Source: Tubulanus polymorphus
Lineage: Eukaryota; Animalia; Nemertea
Direction of reading: 5' to 3'
NCBI RefSeq assembly: GCF_964204645.1
Contig: NC_134030.1
Coordinates: 14,818,110-14,882,109, forward strand
DNA length: 64,000 bases
Part shown: piece by piece, positions 47,737 to 62,290 of the stretch
How positions within the stretch are numbered: the stretch's first letter is position 1
Layout: every line of letters starts with the position of its first letter
Made by a program: the position numbers and the translations under genes
The notes under the pieces: model-generated
The model's input: the letters and a program-made list of their open reading frames with translations, nothing else
What the model was told of the DNA's origin: nothing
Databases searched by the model: none

Positions 47737-50268
47737 TGAAAATGATATAATTGATTATTCAGATCCTCTAATAACAATTACAATTAAAAAGATTCATCAA
47801 AGTGCTGCAGCTTTTCGATTGTATATAAAATCTTATTATCCAGAACTAATTAAAAGTGAATATTATCATTATAGAAATGAAAATGTTATAAATCATTTTT
47901 GTGAAATCAAATTTAGTAAACTATTAGATACAAATAATGAAATAATCATGACAGAAGAAGATAAAGATGAATTTGAGTTTGCTGATAAATGTTATTATTG
48001 TGAAAATATATTCAATCTAAAAGATAAAAAAGTGAGAGACCATGATCATTTGAATGGAAAGTTTAGAGGCGTAGCGCATGAGAATTGTAACTTACAAGCT
48101 AAGAAAATTAACTTTGTTCCAGTAATATTTCATAATTTATCAGGGTATGATGCACATTTATTCATCAAGCAACTGTGCCATAAAATAGAAGAAATCAATA
48201 ATGAAATAGAAAGAGTAAATTCAAATAGATCAAAAGATAAAATACCAACATATAAATTTAAAATGTTAGCTAAAACATCTGAGAATTATATATCTTTCCA
48301 ATTTGGGTGTCTAAGATTTATAGATTCATATAGATTTTTAAGCAGTTCATTATATAATTTATCAAAATCATTAGTTGATGATGAATTAGAAATATTAAAA
48401 CAACACTATCCAAATAATGATGATTTTCAATTTATGAGATAGAAGGGAGCAATTCCATATTCATTTTATAAATCACATAATGATTTCAATATAACTGAAA
48501 AGAACAATTCTATGATGAATTAAAAGATGAATATGTTAAAGATGAAGTCTATAATAGAACATTGAATATTTGGAATCATTTTGGAATGAAAAATCATGGA
48601 CAATTAGTAGATTTATATCTAAAATCAGATGCATTATTATTAGCTGATATATATGAAAGGTTTAGAGACGTAAATCTAAAATATTTTAATATTGATCCAT
48701 GTCATTGTTATTCGAGCCCAGGATTAACTTGGGATTGTGGATTATAATTTACAGATATAAAAATGGATTTGTTAACAAATATAGATCAATAATTATTTTT
48801 TGAAAAATCTATAAGAGGAGGAGTGTCAGGTGTATTAGGATTTAGACATTTCAATGTAAATGATAATCCTGGATATAAGTTATTATATATCGATGCAAAT
48901 AATCTATATGGATGGGCAATGATGGAACCTCAACCTTATGGAGTATTTGAAATAACTGAAGTTATACAACATGAAAATAATGGTAAATTTGATTGGAAGA
49001 AAAGAATTCTAGATATTTCAGATGAGTCAGATACTGGTTACTTTTTTGTTGTAGATTTAGAATATCCTGAAGATAAAAATTTTAAATCTAGAAATCTAGC
49101 TTACTGCCCCGAACAAAAAACTGTTACGCATGAAGAAGTATCAAATTATCAAAAAAGAATTAAACCTGAAAATCATATTCATATAGAAAAGTTAATGGTA
49201 ACTCAGGAAGATAAATTTGATTATGTAGTACATTGTGGAATGTTGAAATTTTATTTGAATCAAGGAATGATTCTAAAAAAAGTACATAGATATATTTCAT
49301 TCAGTCAATCTAAATGGTTAGAAAAATATATAGATTTTAACACCAAACAGAGAACTAAAGCTAAAACTGATTTCGAAAAAGATTTCTTAAAGTTAATGAA
49401 TAATGCATTCTGGAAAAACTTGTGAAAATATAAGAAATAGAAATGATATTGAGTTAGTTAGCAATGGTAAAAGAATTAGACATTTACAAATATATCCAAA
49501 ATTTATTGGTAACAGAATACTTGATGAAAATTTAGCTGCAGTTAAAATGAGGAGAACTTCTATGAAATTTAATAAACCAATTTATGTTGGAGCAACAGTT
49601 TTAGAAATATCAAAATGATTAATGTATGAATTTTACTATAACGTATTACAACCTCATTTTGGAGAAAAGCATAGAAATCTTATATTTTGATACAGACAGT
49701 TACATATTAAAGATAAAAACTAATAACATAACAGATGATTTAAAAACATTGAAAAATCATTTTGATTTCAGTAATTATCCTAAAGATCATGAATTGTTTA
49801 ACAATGATAGTAAAAAGGCGCCCGGTAAATTCAAAGATGAATAAGGAGGTGAAGAAATGATTATATTTAATATAATGATTAAATTTATAGGTATTAGGTC
49901 TAAAATGTATTCATATAAAACTAAAACTCATGAAGCTAAAAGTTAAAAGGAATTACCAAAAGTGATGTAGAAAAAAATATTCATTTCAAAGATTACATCA
50001 CTTGTATATTCAATGAAGAAGTTAGAAAACATAAGATGAAATGTTTAAGATCTGAGTACCACGAGATGTTTATTGAAGAAATTGAAAAGGTAAGTCTAAA
50101 CCCATTTGACGATAAAAGATATATTCTGGATGATGGTATACACACAGTTGCTTATGGTTGCAATTTAGAAGAATATCTAAAATTTAAAAGAGAAGAAACA
50201 AAAGAAACGGAAATAATGAACAGGATTATAACGTGTTAATCAAATTTTAATAAAAATATGTATCATGA

Positions 50269-51001
50269 ATGGAAAGTACACAATCACAAACTATCAATAT
50301 TCCGAATAGCGTTGTTAATATTTATCATAAGAAATGTTCAAAATGTGAATTGAATAAACAATCTTCAGAATATTATAAAGATTAAACTCAGAAAGATGGT
50401 AAGCAAAGTTATTGTAGAACTTGTGTTAAAGAAATGAATAAGCAATACCGAGCAAATAATCCAGATTATCAAAAGGAATGGCGAAATGATAATCCAGAAT
50501 ATTTAAGAGATTGGAAAAAAAAGATAATAGAGAATATTATAATGAGTACCAAAATAATTACCAAAAAAGAAAGATATAAAACGGATCTTAATTTTAAATC
50601 GAAACAATGTGTAAGTTCTAGATTAACAAAATTATTCAGTAAAGAAACGCATTCACCCACACTATCTAATTTATTGGGGTGTTCAGATGAATTTCTCAAA
50701 TCATGGATAATATATCAATTCGACGATAAAATGAATGAAAAAAAACTATGGTGAATACTTTCATATTGATCATGTGTTGCCGATTTTTAAATTTAACATG
50801 AATGATGAACACAATCAGATATTAATCTGGAGCTGGAAAAACTTAAGACCTTTAGAAAAAGTTGAAAATATTAGGAAAGGTAACAAACTAGAAATGAAAT
50901 TATATTTAGATCAACTGGTTAAAGCAAAGACATTTGTTGAATTATGGAACTCAATACATAATGAAAAATACGTTGAATATAAACGTTTAGAAAACCGGTA
51001 A
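50269..51001 (+). pseudogene. HNH-type endonuclease of the NCLDV/phage kind with an N-terminal CxxC..CxxC finger
   Basis: KKCSKC...YCRTC, LLGCS..FLKSWI..QF..KM...NYGEYFHIDHVLP...W.NLRPL...EN..KGNK. Contains stops and frameshifts. Confidence 0.75.
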
Positions 51002-51999
51002 CTCTCGATGTATGTCAAACTGCCTATGCACTTATACTAGCATCTGTGTCGCGTATTATAAATTCAGTTGAATTGGGAGTAGTACCTCATTTGAATATTG
51101 ATCGAACGTGCTCTTTCAGTTGAAAAGAATTAATTAACTTCGTCATAAAAGAACATCTGTTGCTCAGGCAGACAGTGTTTGGCTAGTGAATAACTGGCAG
51201 TTATAAGCGCGCAGTGCATAGGCATAGGAACGCATAGGATTTCTCTCTAGAAACACAATTTTAGGAGTAAACAGTTTACAGTTATAAATGTAAGTACCGT
51301 TTTTGTTGTTATTAAGGCGTCGGGAAACGTTAAACATGTTTAAGTGCTGTAATTCATATTTGACTACAACTTCAAGTTAGTTTTATTCTACGCTAGATAT
51401 TTATCTTTTAGATAACAAAATGCTTCGCGTAACAAGAAGACAATTGCTATTTGAGTCATGAAAGTGAATATGGAAGGATGTGAAATCAGAAATTACGGAT
51501 ATTTCAACTCATCAGACTGTAGCAGTTTAGTCATACTGTATAGACTTTCAATGCATTACGTTTGCCGGAATTTCAATTGCGTCATTCAGTCGTTGTTAAT
51601 GGTTACAGTGACAGATATTATACTTTATTGATTCCTGCATTCCGCGCATACCTTACCGCTCGGGAGCCGAGCGGCTTGGAATGTGGAAATCGATACCGAC
51701 TGTAGAATAAAATACATGTGTTTATGAAATAGTAATTCCACCAGTCGTTTCTTTGAATTGATTTTCAGTTTGAGGATTTATTATCGAGGATCCGAAATGG
51801 CTTATCTGGACAGTTATAATTACTGCTCCTAATAGATAGACAATAGTAGTGAGATATTGAATCCTAATTTAAATAAAAAGTATTAAAAAAGCAATAACTT
51901 CAAATAGCTAGTATAACTGATCAAACACTAGTATCACATAAAGTATTTATTCTTGTATCATTTTATAATATTTTTTTTCTCGCTTTTTTGCTAAAATAA

Positions 52000-52545
52000 A
52001 TGTCAAAGCTGATATTGAAAAGACAATTGAGGATTTGGGCATTACTGGCAATAATGATACAGTTGTTTCTAATTGTATTCAAAATGATAATATCGATTAT
52101 GAATACTATTTAACATGTAAGCACCATCTAGAGCTATTTATTGCTGGTGGAAAATCTAAGGAATTCTTAAATAGAATTATAACTTTTCAAGAATTAGATA
52201 ACATGAAACCAGATAAAGTAATAAAACATTTCAAAATATATGAAGAAGCTAGATTAGCTCGAATAAACGACTCTATTAGTGATGGAATAGTAAAATGTTA
52301 TTCAAAATTATGTAACCGGATTATACCAATTGATGATGAAAATAAATTATATAGTGATTTAAAGAATGATTATTTAGGTATGACAGAATTACAAAAATGG
52401 GTTGGATACGCGTCATTCCAATTAGGAGGAATAATGACATTGATTTCTACTGGAGTTATAACATTTTAAAATATTAAACCTATAGAATACAAAGATAAAA
52501 AAAAATCAGAAGAAGACATTGAATCAGAACAAAAAATAACTAAAA
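52000..52545 (+). pseudogene. Conserved Polinton hypothetical protein (about 180 aa)
   Basis: ORF 52035-52469 (IAGGKSKEFL...LYSDLKND) with a TAAATG start at 52000. Its 3' end is homologous to 15020-15130. Confidence 0.6.
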
Positions 52546-52548
52546 TAA

Positions 52549-52910
52549 ATGAGTGACGATATTAAGAAGAAACCTAGATCCGAAAAACAAATTAAATGGG
52601 CAAGGGTGTTGGGTAAAAGATCTTCAAAATTAAAAACAGCGGAGAAAAAGAAATTAAGTGATATAAATGAATCACAGAAATTATCTGTTATTGATTCGAT
52701 TGATAATCCATCTGATTCTTCTAATGCTGGAAGTAATAATAAATTATATATTACAATTGGATTAGTAACAGTTATTATATTTTCTGGCGTAATATATAAA
52801 TATAAATTCAAATCTAATAATAATGATTCCGATGATAAACCTATTATACCAGGAAATAAATCAAATGATAAAAACATTGTAAATAATCCAAGATAATTAT
52901 TAATGGATTA
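52549..52910 (+). CDS. Polinton basic single-TM protein
   Basis: Homologue of 14648-15013; stop slightly premature at 52896. Confidence 0.65.
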
Positions 52911-52917
52911 AAATAAG

Positions 52918-53996
52918 ATGAAAAATGAACAATATTTAAAAGATTTATATATAGTATCATATTCTAATCAGAATTATGGGATAAAATTAAATCTGATAAT
53001 GAAAATATAAAATATAGTGAATTAAGATTATGGTTACAAAATTACCCAACATATCAAATCCATAAGAAAATGGATAGAAATTATTTAACAAGAAAAGTTA
53101 TGGTTTCATATATTGATCAACAATGGCAAGCAGATTTAATTGATATGAAAAACTTAGAAGAATACCACAAAGGATATTTCTGGATATTAAATGTTATAGA
53201 TATATTCAGTAGATACGCATGGTCAATTCCAATCAAAAATAAAACAGGTATAGAAGTAACAAATGCTTTTAAATCAATATTTAAAGAAGCTATTCCAGGT
53301 AAGATACAATTTGATGAAGGTAAGGAATTGTATAATAAACATATTAAAAAATTATTATCTGATAACGATGTAGAATATTTTTCAACACACTCAGATAAAA
53401 AAGCATCTATCATAGAAAGGTTTAATAAAACATCGAAAACTAGAATGTGGAAATATTTTACTACTAATGAAACATACAAATATATAGATGTGTTACATGA
53501 TTTAGTGAAAGGTTATGATAATTCTAATCATTCAAGTATTGGTATGAAACCAATAAATGCTAGAAAAGAAGATAATTCAGAAATAATTTGGAATGATTTA
53601 TATGGTGCATTTGTTACACATGATTTTGGAGAACCTAGATTTAAAATAGGACAACACGTTAGAATATCTAAATATCGAAAAAGATTTTATAAAGGTTATA
53701 CTCCAAATTACTGAACTTACTTACTGAAGAAATATTTAAAATTAAAAAGATAATCTTAACTAAACCATTTGTATATAAATTAGAGGATTTAAAAGATGAA
53801 GAAATATTAGGTTATTTCTATGAACAAGAATTATCACTTGTACCAAACCCAGATGAAATAGAATACAAAATAGAAAAAGTATTAAAAACAAAAACTCTTA
53901 AAGGAAAAAAGTATTCTTTGGTGAAATATAAAGGCTATGATGACAAATTTAATGAATGGATTTTATCTAGTAAAATTAAAAGAATAAATGAATAAA
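52918..53996 (+). pseudogene. Polinton integrase with C-terminal chromodomain
   Basis: rve core in 53070-53714. A downstream frame gives YKIEKVLKTK...LVKYKGYDDKFNEWI. Confidence 0.9.
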
Positions 53997-54066
53997 GATT
54001 TATTTATATTTGAACCGCATAATATGTTAGTTACTGGAGTAACAAATTGTGATAAAACACATTTTG
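53988..54066 (+). pseudogene. 5' stub of Polinton packaging ATPase (A32-like)
   Basis: MNKDLFIFEPHNMLVTGVTNCDKTHF contains a degenerate Walker A. It is cut off by the following insertion. Confidence 0.6.
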
Positions 54067-54199
54067 TAAGAACATATCCTAGTTGAATGTATTGCTGACT
54101 TTGTGGACTTTACGGATTCCATAACGGATATTATAAGATTTTGGATACGAACCGAAGGAAGGTTTACTATCATTGTTTACGACAGTTGACACTTATTCC

Positions 54200-55260
54200 T
54201 TGCTTAGATCTGCAAATGGAGCGGCTCATATTAGACGCTAGGATGCACTACCCTGTTTAGAAGGATGTATCTTATCTCTGAAAAACCTCGTAGGGAGAAG
54301 GCCGTTTCTGAAGAAGTTATCATTGTTAAAATGTGGAATTCTGGTCACACAATCATTAATTGACGATCTAACACAATTATAAAAACAGGCATTTTACCAG
54401 CCAAATCAATATCTAGACTGGGGATTAGATTGGATATCATCACATCAGCCCCATAATACCGTTTGATGTTTATAGCAATGTCTACCAAGTCTTTAGCCTT
54501 TTCGTATATGCTCTCGTACGAGAGGCATTTTCGCAGATCATTCACCCAGCAGTGAATGATGATCAGAAGGTGGTTGCCATTGTAACGCTTCGCCCAGCTT
54601 TCAAGGCTACCCAATGTGGGTGTTTTTACGAAGTCCATTTCGGCATTGAGGTTTTTTGTAAGTCTTCGGAAGTCAATTAGTGATGGAGTCGGAGCATAGT
54701 AGGATTGGAATGTCAATTTTCGACGAGCTCGGTTCAAGATTAACTCGCTTGTTTTGACGACCGGATGACAACGGTATGTCATCTTTTGGAGCTGCTGGTT
54801 GCGGTTGCGATTGAACAAATTTCATCCGTTGAATGGTGGTCATCACATCAGTCGACAGTTTTTCGCGAATGGGAGTGAACTGTTCTTCAACGTAATTAAC
54901 GAGGCAAATAATCTCGTTCCAGTTTTTTGTTAGCGCAGATTGAGTCGACGCGATGAAGTTCTGTTGAGCGGTGTTATGCGTATGCGAATCTTTCTGTAGA
55001 CTCTCTAAGCAATGTAGTACCGTTTTAGATGAGTCGGACATGCCTGCAGCTTTCTTCTGTAGGTTGTTGATTTGTGATAAGAGGTTGACGTCGCTATGAT
55101 TATTGTTCTTATCAATGGAAGCTAAGGATAAGGCATTATCCGATAACAGCTGTTGGATGCTATCTTTGATCGCAACCATCCCTGACATTACCGTGACAAT
55201 CGATTCACTAATATCGTGAACAGGGGTAACTAATTTCGACACAGATGCCTCTACCTCCTT
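54200..55260 (-). pseudogene. LINE (CR1/L2-type) ORF1-like coiled-coil plus SGNH esterase remnant
   Basis: Coiled coil, LLCSDSI (block I), IIHCWVNDL (block III), ISNLIP, and DKIHPS (block V, about 54260-54275). Confidence 0.55.
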
Positions 55261-55855
55261 GATTATGAGCAGATGTCGTGCGACATCGAACCAATATAAA
55301 AAAGCTCACATAAAAAACGTACCGCGATTTTACATGAATTGGCTCAATGCCAACCTCATACTGCTGACAAAGCTAATCCAAAAGAAATCAACACTTATTC
55401 ACATTTTTCTTCAACCAGAATTTATTTTTTCATTATTTATTATGGAAAACACGAAGATTTGAAATATAAGTTTGAAAACTATCAAAAATTATAATTGTCG
55501 TTTCGTTTTGAAAGTTTTATATAAATCCATGTAGGTCACCTTCCTTGTCTATCATGCCAGATGTATGCAATACAGAGAAATGGCGGCCAATGGCGAAATT
55601 TGTGGAGAAATTAATTAATTTCTCAAAACAATGTTGATTAATCGCTCGAAACATACATAAAATTGGATTATTTCAGAAGGTACCTGTGTTAGTTTGTGAT
55701 TTAAGCCATTAATTGTGAACTGAAGTCAATAGAAATATATTTGAAGTGTTACTTTTTTCAACCGTGTTTTGGCCCATGTCATCCCTAACGTTGGTATAAG
55801 CCCATCCGATTACAAAAAGCTTACCACCAAACGATTTGGTAACTAACTAACTCGC

Positions 55856-55861
55856 TGTGTG

Positions 55862-55893
<32 letters not shown>

Positions 55894-55906
55894 TGCGTGC
55901 GTGTGT
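55856..55906. repeat. (TG)n(TGCG)n microsatellite
   Basis: Directly visible. Confidence 0.95.
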
Positions 55907-56379
55907 AACACAGAACACGCTTGTACATGGAGATATGATACGCTCATACAGCACGCCGCGCTGTTCTAGTCTAACGCCTCGCGCGCGATATTCAGCTCTA
56001 ATGCCGAGAGACTGGGGAGTGCTCCGGACACAAAGCAGTGAAGAATTTTGGAATTCGGATAAGGCCGGATCATTCTTTGCAGTTTCAGACGGTCGCTACT
56101 CTTGACGTAAAAACCACGTAAATTAATTGGCTAATGTCTATTTCAACCTGACTTGAGAGCATTCCGGGTGGCTTAGCTCAGTCAGTTTTGGTAGTACATA
56201 CCTGATAAAGGTCTTAGTAGGACCAGAAAGGACTGGCAGTCGACCTAAATCATCATTTTTTAATCCATTAGAAACTGTATTGAAGGATATCAAAAAAGTC
56301 TTCACTGAAAGGGGTTAAATGAAGAGAAGTGACTCCATGATTTGAAAGTTTAACAATATGTTTCCATGCCTACGTACCT

Positions 56380-56945
56380 ACCTTCAGTTAGTAGTCTTCA
56401 TTTTTTCTCATTTACTCCTTTGAACATCAACATTGGAATAGCCCAAGGATTATTTCTTCGAGCTCTACGTATTTGAGATCAAATGTTTTTAGATAAAGAA
56501 ATCAAACATATAAGAATTGCTCTCAAGAAACTAGCCTATCCAGACAAAATTTTGAACAAAGCTTATTTCAAAGCCCGAATTTCTCACTTTGGACGTAATG
56601 ACCTGACCACAAAACGCAGAGCTCAAAAGAATATTATTATCCCGTATTTATCTACTTTGGAACACTTTAAATCCACATTAAGCACCATCGACACTAGATT
56701 AGTCTTTCAGTATAATAACAAACTCAGTAATGTTTTAACCAAAAATAAACCCAACAGTGAGCTTATTGAGTCCGGGGTCTATAAGATACCATGTAAAGAC
56801 TGTAATATGATGTACATCGGCGAAACGGGACGAAATCTTAGTCAGCGTATTAAAGAACACAAAATAGATATCCGCAACCAAAAGCCTGGGAGTGGAATAG
56901 CAAATCATGTCTTTACAACCAATCACCAATTCACAGGGACTTGTC
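56380..56945 (+). mobile_element. Penelope-like retroelement fragment (RT C-terminus plus GIY-YIG endonuclease)
   Basis: LFLRALRI, LAYP, IIPY, SGVYKIPCKDCNMMYIGETGRNLSQRIKEH, IANHVFTTNHQF. Confidence 0.88.
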
Positions 56946-57015
56946 ACAATTGATAGTGAATGAATAAAACCAATATCAGTGACCAGGTCCACTATCCCTG
57001 TATAATATAAAAACA

Positions 57016-57463
57016 AGGGTGGCAACAAATTGTCAATCTGACAATGACTTCTCCACTTCAATCGACTGTAATTCCAAAAATTCTCAACCGATTCACATGA
57101 AATAAGCTTTAATACAACCTAGAAGACTTTCTGCTTCGAACGAGCCTTCAACCACCACTCTCCGACAATTATCTCACAACGAAATCACCTTTTCTTGACG
57201 AGAGATAGCTCAAAATGGAGGTCTACCGATTCTATGGTGGACAGCAAAATGGCCGTTTTTTCACTTCAAACGATGATTTCTATGTGAGATCTTAGAGAAA
57301 ACCCCAACAAACCATACATTTTTATAAACTACGCGGTCATACCTGTACGCTAATCTCATTTATTTGTATAATCCATAGCTTATTTCATGTGAATCGGATT
57401 TTTGGAATTACAGTCGATTGAAGTGGAGAAGTCATTGTCAGATTGACAATTTGTTGCCACCCT
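57016..57463. mobile_element. MITE with about 90-bp TIRs (AGGGTGGCAACAAATTGTCAATC...)
   Basis: 57016-57108 is the reverse complement of 57378-57463. No TSD found. Confidence 0.8.
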
Positions 57464-57885
57464 CCACTTCGCTACCGCTCCACTCCGCGACCAATTCATT
57501 TATTTACAATACACAAATTCATATAATCAAATATATTTTAATAATAATTATTATTCTATTATTCAACTGAAATGCACACGGTTTTGAAAATATATTATAG
57601 ATTTAAATTACTTTTAATATTTGTTTTTAATGAACTCGACCATTCAACCTTTAACCTGAAAGCCCATTACCCCTATTACTCTTAAAATAATCATATACAT
57701 GAATAACATTTAAATTGACAGATTATTCAATATAGAAGTATATATTTACAACATTATTTCAATATTCATATTTGTATGAGTTAGATTTTTAAACATTAAA
57801 AGTGTTAGTAAAGTGTGATTGAAATAATACATGATATAAATCATTGAACTTCTAAAATCAATTTTAATAAAAATTTAGTATTAAA

Positions 57886-60800
57886 ATGGAAGCAAATAAG
57901 TACTACTGCCCAACATGTAATATCAATATAGATAAATCCCAAAAAGCAAGACACAATAAAACTAAAACACATTTAGAGACTAAATTGAAACTAGAATATG
58001 AAGATGATATATTAGAAACTAAATTAGAAGAATTAAAGAATGAAAAAGAAACATACAAATGTGATACATGTAATCAATCATTCAGTGATAAAAGATATTA
58101 TAATGAACATTTAAAATCTATAAGTCATATTAGAAATAAGAGTAATGATATTTTAGGTGAAGATTATTTTGATAAAGATAATGATAAGAAACAGAAGACA
58201 ATTTAAAGCATAAAAAATAAATTAAACAATAAAAGACCATACATGGAAGATGTAAGAAAATATATTAATTTATTGGATAATAAAAAAGATATAGATATGA
58301 CCGAAGCATTTAAAAGTGATATTGGTCCAGCAGCTATTGAGTTTAAATTTCATAAAGGAAAAACATTAGAAGAAAATAAAAAACATTAAATAATAACTGA
58401 TGTTGAATATCCTAAAATAAGTATATCTTCTAAAGTTAAATTCATAAAATCTGAAGATAAACCGATATATAATATAAATTCTCATTCACAACGTATTATA
58501 TCTAAACAACATATAGATGATAAATTAGATAAATGTTATAATGAAGTAAAAACTAAAATAGAAGAGAAATATTTTGAAGGATCTGGTTTAATATTTGATG
58601 AAATAATATTTATGACTTCACATGTTTATAACACAAAATATAATAAGTTAACTAAATCGAAACCAATAGATGAAAATAATGTATCATATTATAAAGAACC
58701 AGATATTGAAGCATCGAGTTATATTAAACTACCATTTAAAACTAATGCTGTAATAAATGTACAAAATGAAGATGATAAATGTTTTCTATGGGCTATAATA
58801 AGTTGTTTACACCCAGTTGAAGATTATAATAAACATACTTATAGATTAACAAATTATAAACAATTTGAAAATAATTATAAGATAGATAAGTATCCTGTTA
58901 TAATTAAAAACATCCCAAAAATAGAAAGAGATGAAAATATAAAGATAAATGTATTTGATTTAATCAAATTACCAAATACAAAAGGTAACAATATAAAACA
59001 TAATACATTAGAACCTTTATATCTATCAAAAGATTATGATTCAAACGATGTCATAGATATACTATATTATGAGAATCATTATATGTGGATTAAACAAATC
59101 GATTAATTTTTTAAATCAGAAAATGATCACCATAAAATATATCTTTGTAGAAAATGTTTACATAGATTCAGTAATGAAAGTACATTATTAAATCATAAAC
59201 AATTATGTGAAAATCATGATTATTGTAAATTAGTTTTACCAAATGAAAAGGATAAAATATTATAATTCAAAAAAATTTGATTACAAAAATAAAGTACCAT
59301 TTGTAATATATGGAGATTTTGAATCATTAAATAAAGAATTAACTGATCAAGATAGAAAAGAAATATATTATAAGAGAAAGAAATTAAATTCTAATGAAAA
59401 TGATTATTCTGAAGAACCACCAAAAACAAATACTATTAAAAAGATTCATCGATCAGCTGCTGCTTTCGGGTTATATATTAAATCTGATTATCCAGAACTA
59501 ATTAAAAGTGAATATTATCATTATAGAAATGAAAATGTTATCAATCATTTTTGTGACTTATTAATTGAATATGAAATAAGATTTAGTAAATTATTGAATA
59601 CAAATATAGAAATTATAATGACAGAAGAAGATAAAGAAGCATTTGCGTTTGCAGATAAATGTTATTATTGTGAAAAGATATTTAATTATAAAGATAAAAA
59701 AGTAAGAGACCATGATCATTTGAACGGAAAGTTTAGTGGCGCCGCACATGAGAATTGTAACTTACAAGCTAAGAAAATTAACTTTGTACCAGTTATATTT
59801 CATAATCTATCAGGATATGATGCACATTTATTCATCAAACAGTTATGTCATAAAATAGAAGAAATTAATAATGAAATAGAAAGATTAAATTCAAATAGAT
59901 CAAAAGATAAAATACCAACTTATAAATTTAGAATGTTAGCTAAAACATCTGAGAATTATATATCATTCCAATTTGGTTGCCTAAGATTTATAGATTCATA
60001 TAGATTTTTTGATAGTTCATTAGATAACTTATCAAAATCATTAGTTGATGATGAATTAAAAATATTAAAACAACACTATACAAATAATGATGATTTCCAA
60101 TTAATGAGATATAAAGGCGCAATTCCATATTCATTTTATAAATCACATAATGATTTTAACATAACTGAATTATTGAAAGAACAATTCTATGATGAATTAA
60201 AAAATGAATATGTTAAAGATGAAGTATATAATAGAACATTGAATATTTGGAATCATTTCAAAATAGAAAATCATGGGCAATTAGTAGATTTATATCTAAA
60301 ATCAGATGTATTATTATTAACCGATATATTTGAAAGGGTTAGAGATGTAAACCTAAAATATTTCAATATTGATCCATGTCATTGTTATTCATCACCAGGT
60401 TTAACATGGGATTGTGGATTAAAATTTACAGATATAAAAATGGATTTGTTAACAAATATAGATCAATTACTATTATTTGAAAAATCTATTAGAGGAGGAG
60501 TTTCAGGTGCATTAGGTGATAGATATTTCAATGTAAATGATAACCCTGGATATAAGTTATTATATATAGATGCAAATAATTTGTATGGTTGGGCAATGAT
60601 GGAACCACAACCTTATGGAGTATTTGAAATAAGTGAAGTTTTACAGAATGAAAATAATGATAAATTTGATTGGAAGAAAAGAATTCTAGATATTGCAGAT
60701 GATTCATATACTGGTTACTTCTTTGTTGTAGATTTAGAATATCCTGAAGATATTAAATTTAAATCTAGAAATCTAGCTTACTGTCCCGAACATAAAACTG

Positions 60801-61965
60801 TAACACATGAAGAATTATCAAATTACCAAAAAAGAATTAAACCCGAAAATCATATTCATACAGAAAAGTTAATGGTAACTCAAGAAGATAAATATAATTA
60901 TGTAGTACATTATAGAATGTTAAAGTTTTATCTAAAACAAGGAATGGTTCTAAAAAAAGTACATAGATATATTTCATTTAGTCAATCTAAGTGGTTAGAA
61001 AAATATATAGATTTTAACACCAAACAGAGAACTGAAGCTAAAACTGATTTCGAGAAAGATTCCTTCAAGTTAATGAATAATGCATTCTATGGTAAGACTT
61101 GTGAAAATATTAGAAATAGAAATGATATTGAGTTAGTTAGTAATGGTAAAAGGATAAGACATTTACAATCATAACAGAATATTTGACGAAAATTTAGCTG
61201 CAGTTAAAATGAGAAGAACATCAATGAAATTTAATAAACCAATCTATGTTGGTGCTCCAGTTTGTTTTAGAATTATCAAAATTACTAATGTATGAATTCT
61301 ATTATAATGTATTACAACCACTTTTTGGAGAAAAACATATAGAAATACTATATTTTGATACCGACAGTTACATATTAAAGATAAAAACTGATAACATAAC
61401 AGATGATTTAAAAACATTAAAACATCATTTTGATTTTAGTTACTATCCTAAAGATCATGAATTGTTTAGCAATGATAATAAAAACGTTCCAGGGAAGTTT
61501 AAGGATGAATTAGGCGGTGAAGAAATGATAGAGTTCATAGGTATTAGATCTAAAATGTATTCATATAAAACTAAAGAACATGAAGCTAAAAAGTTAAAAG
61601 GAATAACCAAAAGTGTAGTAGAAAAGAATATTCATTTCAAAGATTACATCAATTGTATATTCAATGAAAAAGTTAGAAAACATAAGATGAGATGTTTAAG
61701 ATCTGAAGATCATGAAATGTTTATTGAAGAAATTGAAAAGATAAGTCTAAACCCATTTGATGATAAACGATATATTTTAGATGATGGAATTCATAGAGTT
61801 GCTTATGGTTGTAATTTAGATGAATACTTAAAATTTAAAAGAGAAGAATCAAAAGAGAACGAGATAATGAAAAGAATTCTAACGTGTCAATCAAATTTTA
61901 ATAAAAATATGTATTATAAACGGAGAGTAAACAAACACACAGTGAGAACAACAAATTATTTCTAG
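57886..61965 (+). pseudogene. polB: Protein-primed PolB, frameshifted
   Basis: ORFs 57886-58206, 58612-59106, 59243-61174 and 61246-61965 carry all Exo and Pol motifs. Confidence 0.93.
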
Positions 61966-62273
61966 ATAGAATAAAAGATACTACAAATGTAAAATCTGTA
62001 GATTATAAATTCAAAAAGTTAACAGAATTAACAATCCATAAGAAATATCTAATTACAAATATTGTTACAGTTACTAACAAATATGGAGATAAATTAGTTA
62101 TACACTTAGAATATGAAGGATTAAAAGGAAATACACATAAATTCAGAACATATTTACCAGATAGATTTCATAGATTATCAAGTGAAGATCTAGAAGAATT
62201 ATGTTCTGGAGATTTCTATTTCGTATACAAAGGTTAGAATGAAAAAGGGCACCATGAAATAGATTTCGAATAA
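61920..62273 (+). pseudogene. 117-aa Polinton protein, start codon lost (ACG) and disrupted
   Basis: DNA is collinear with 4137-4490. Confidence 0.75.
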
Positions 62274-62290
62274 GAAAATATGTAAAATAA

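Larger units (their letters stand above)
43500..50239 (+). pseudogene. polB: Protein-primed PolB, heavily disrupted, with a about 3.2-kb insertion (44494-47736)
   Basis: Fragments are collinear with 59-4092; many stops and frameshifts. Confidence 0.9.

Noticed and set aside
47660-47740. Novel N-terminus on the 260-aa ORF
   Set aside because: It is chance read-through from the inserted element into pPolB sequence.
51002-51900. Distinct element between the HNH and 180-aa genes
   Set aside because: The composition shift suggests an insertion, but I found no termini, TSD or ORF to classify it.
57465-57860. Polinton terminal inverted repeat with 6-bp TSD
   Set aside because: No (AG)n/AGT-type terminus or matching partner end was found anywhere in the window.
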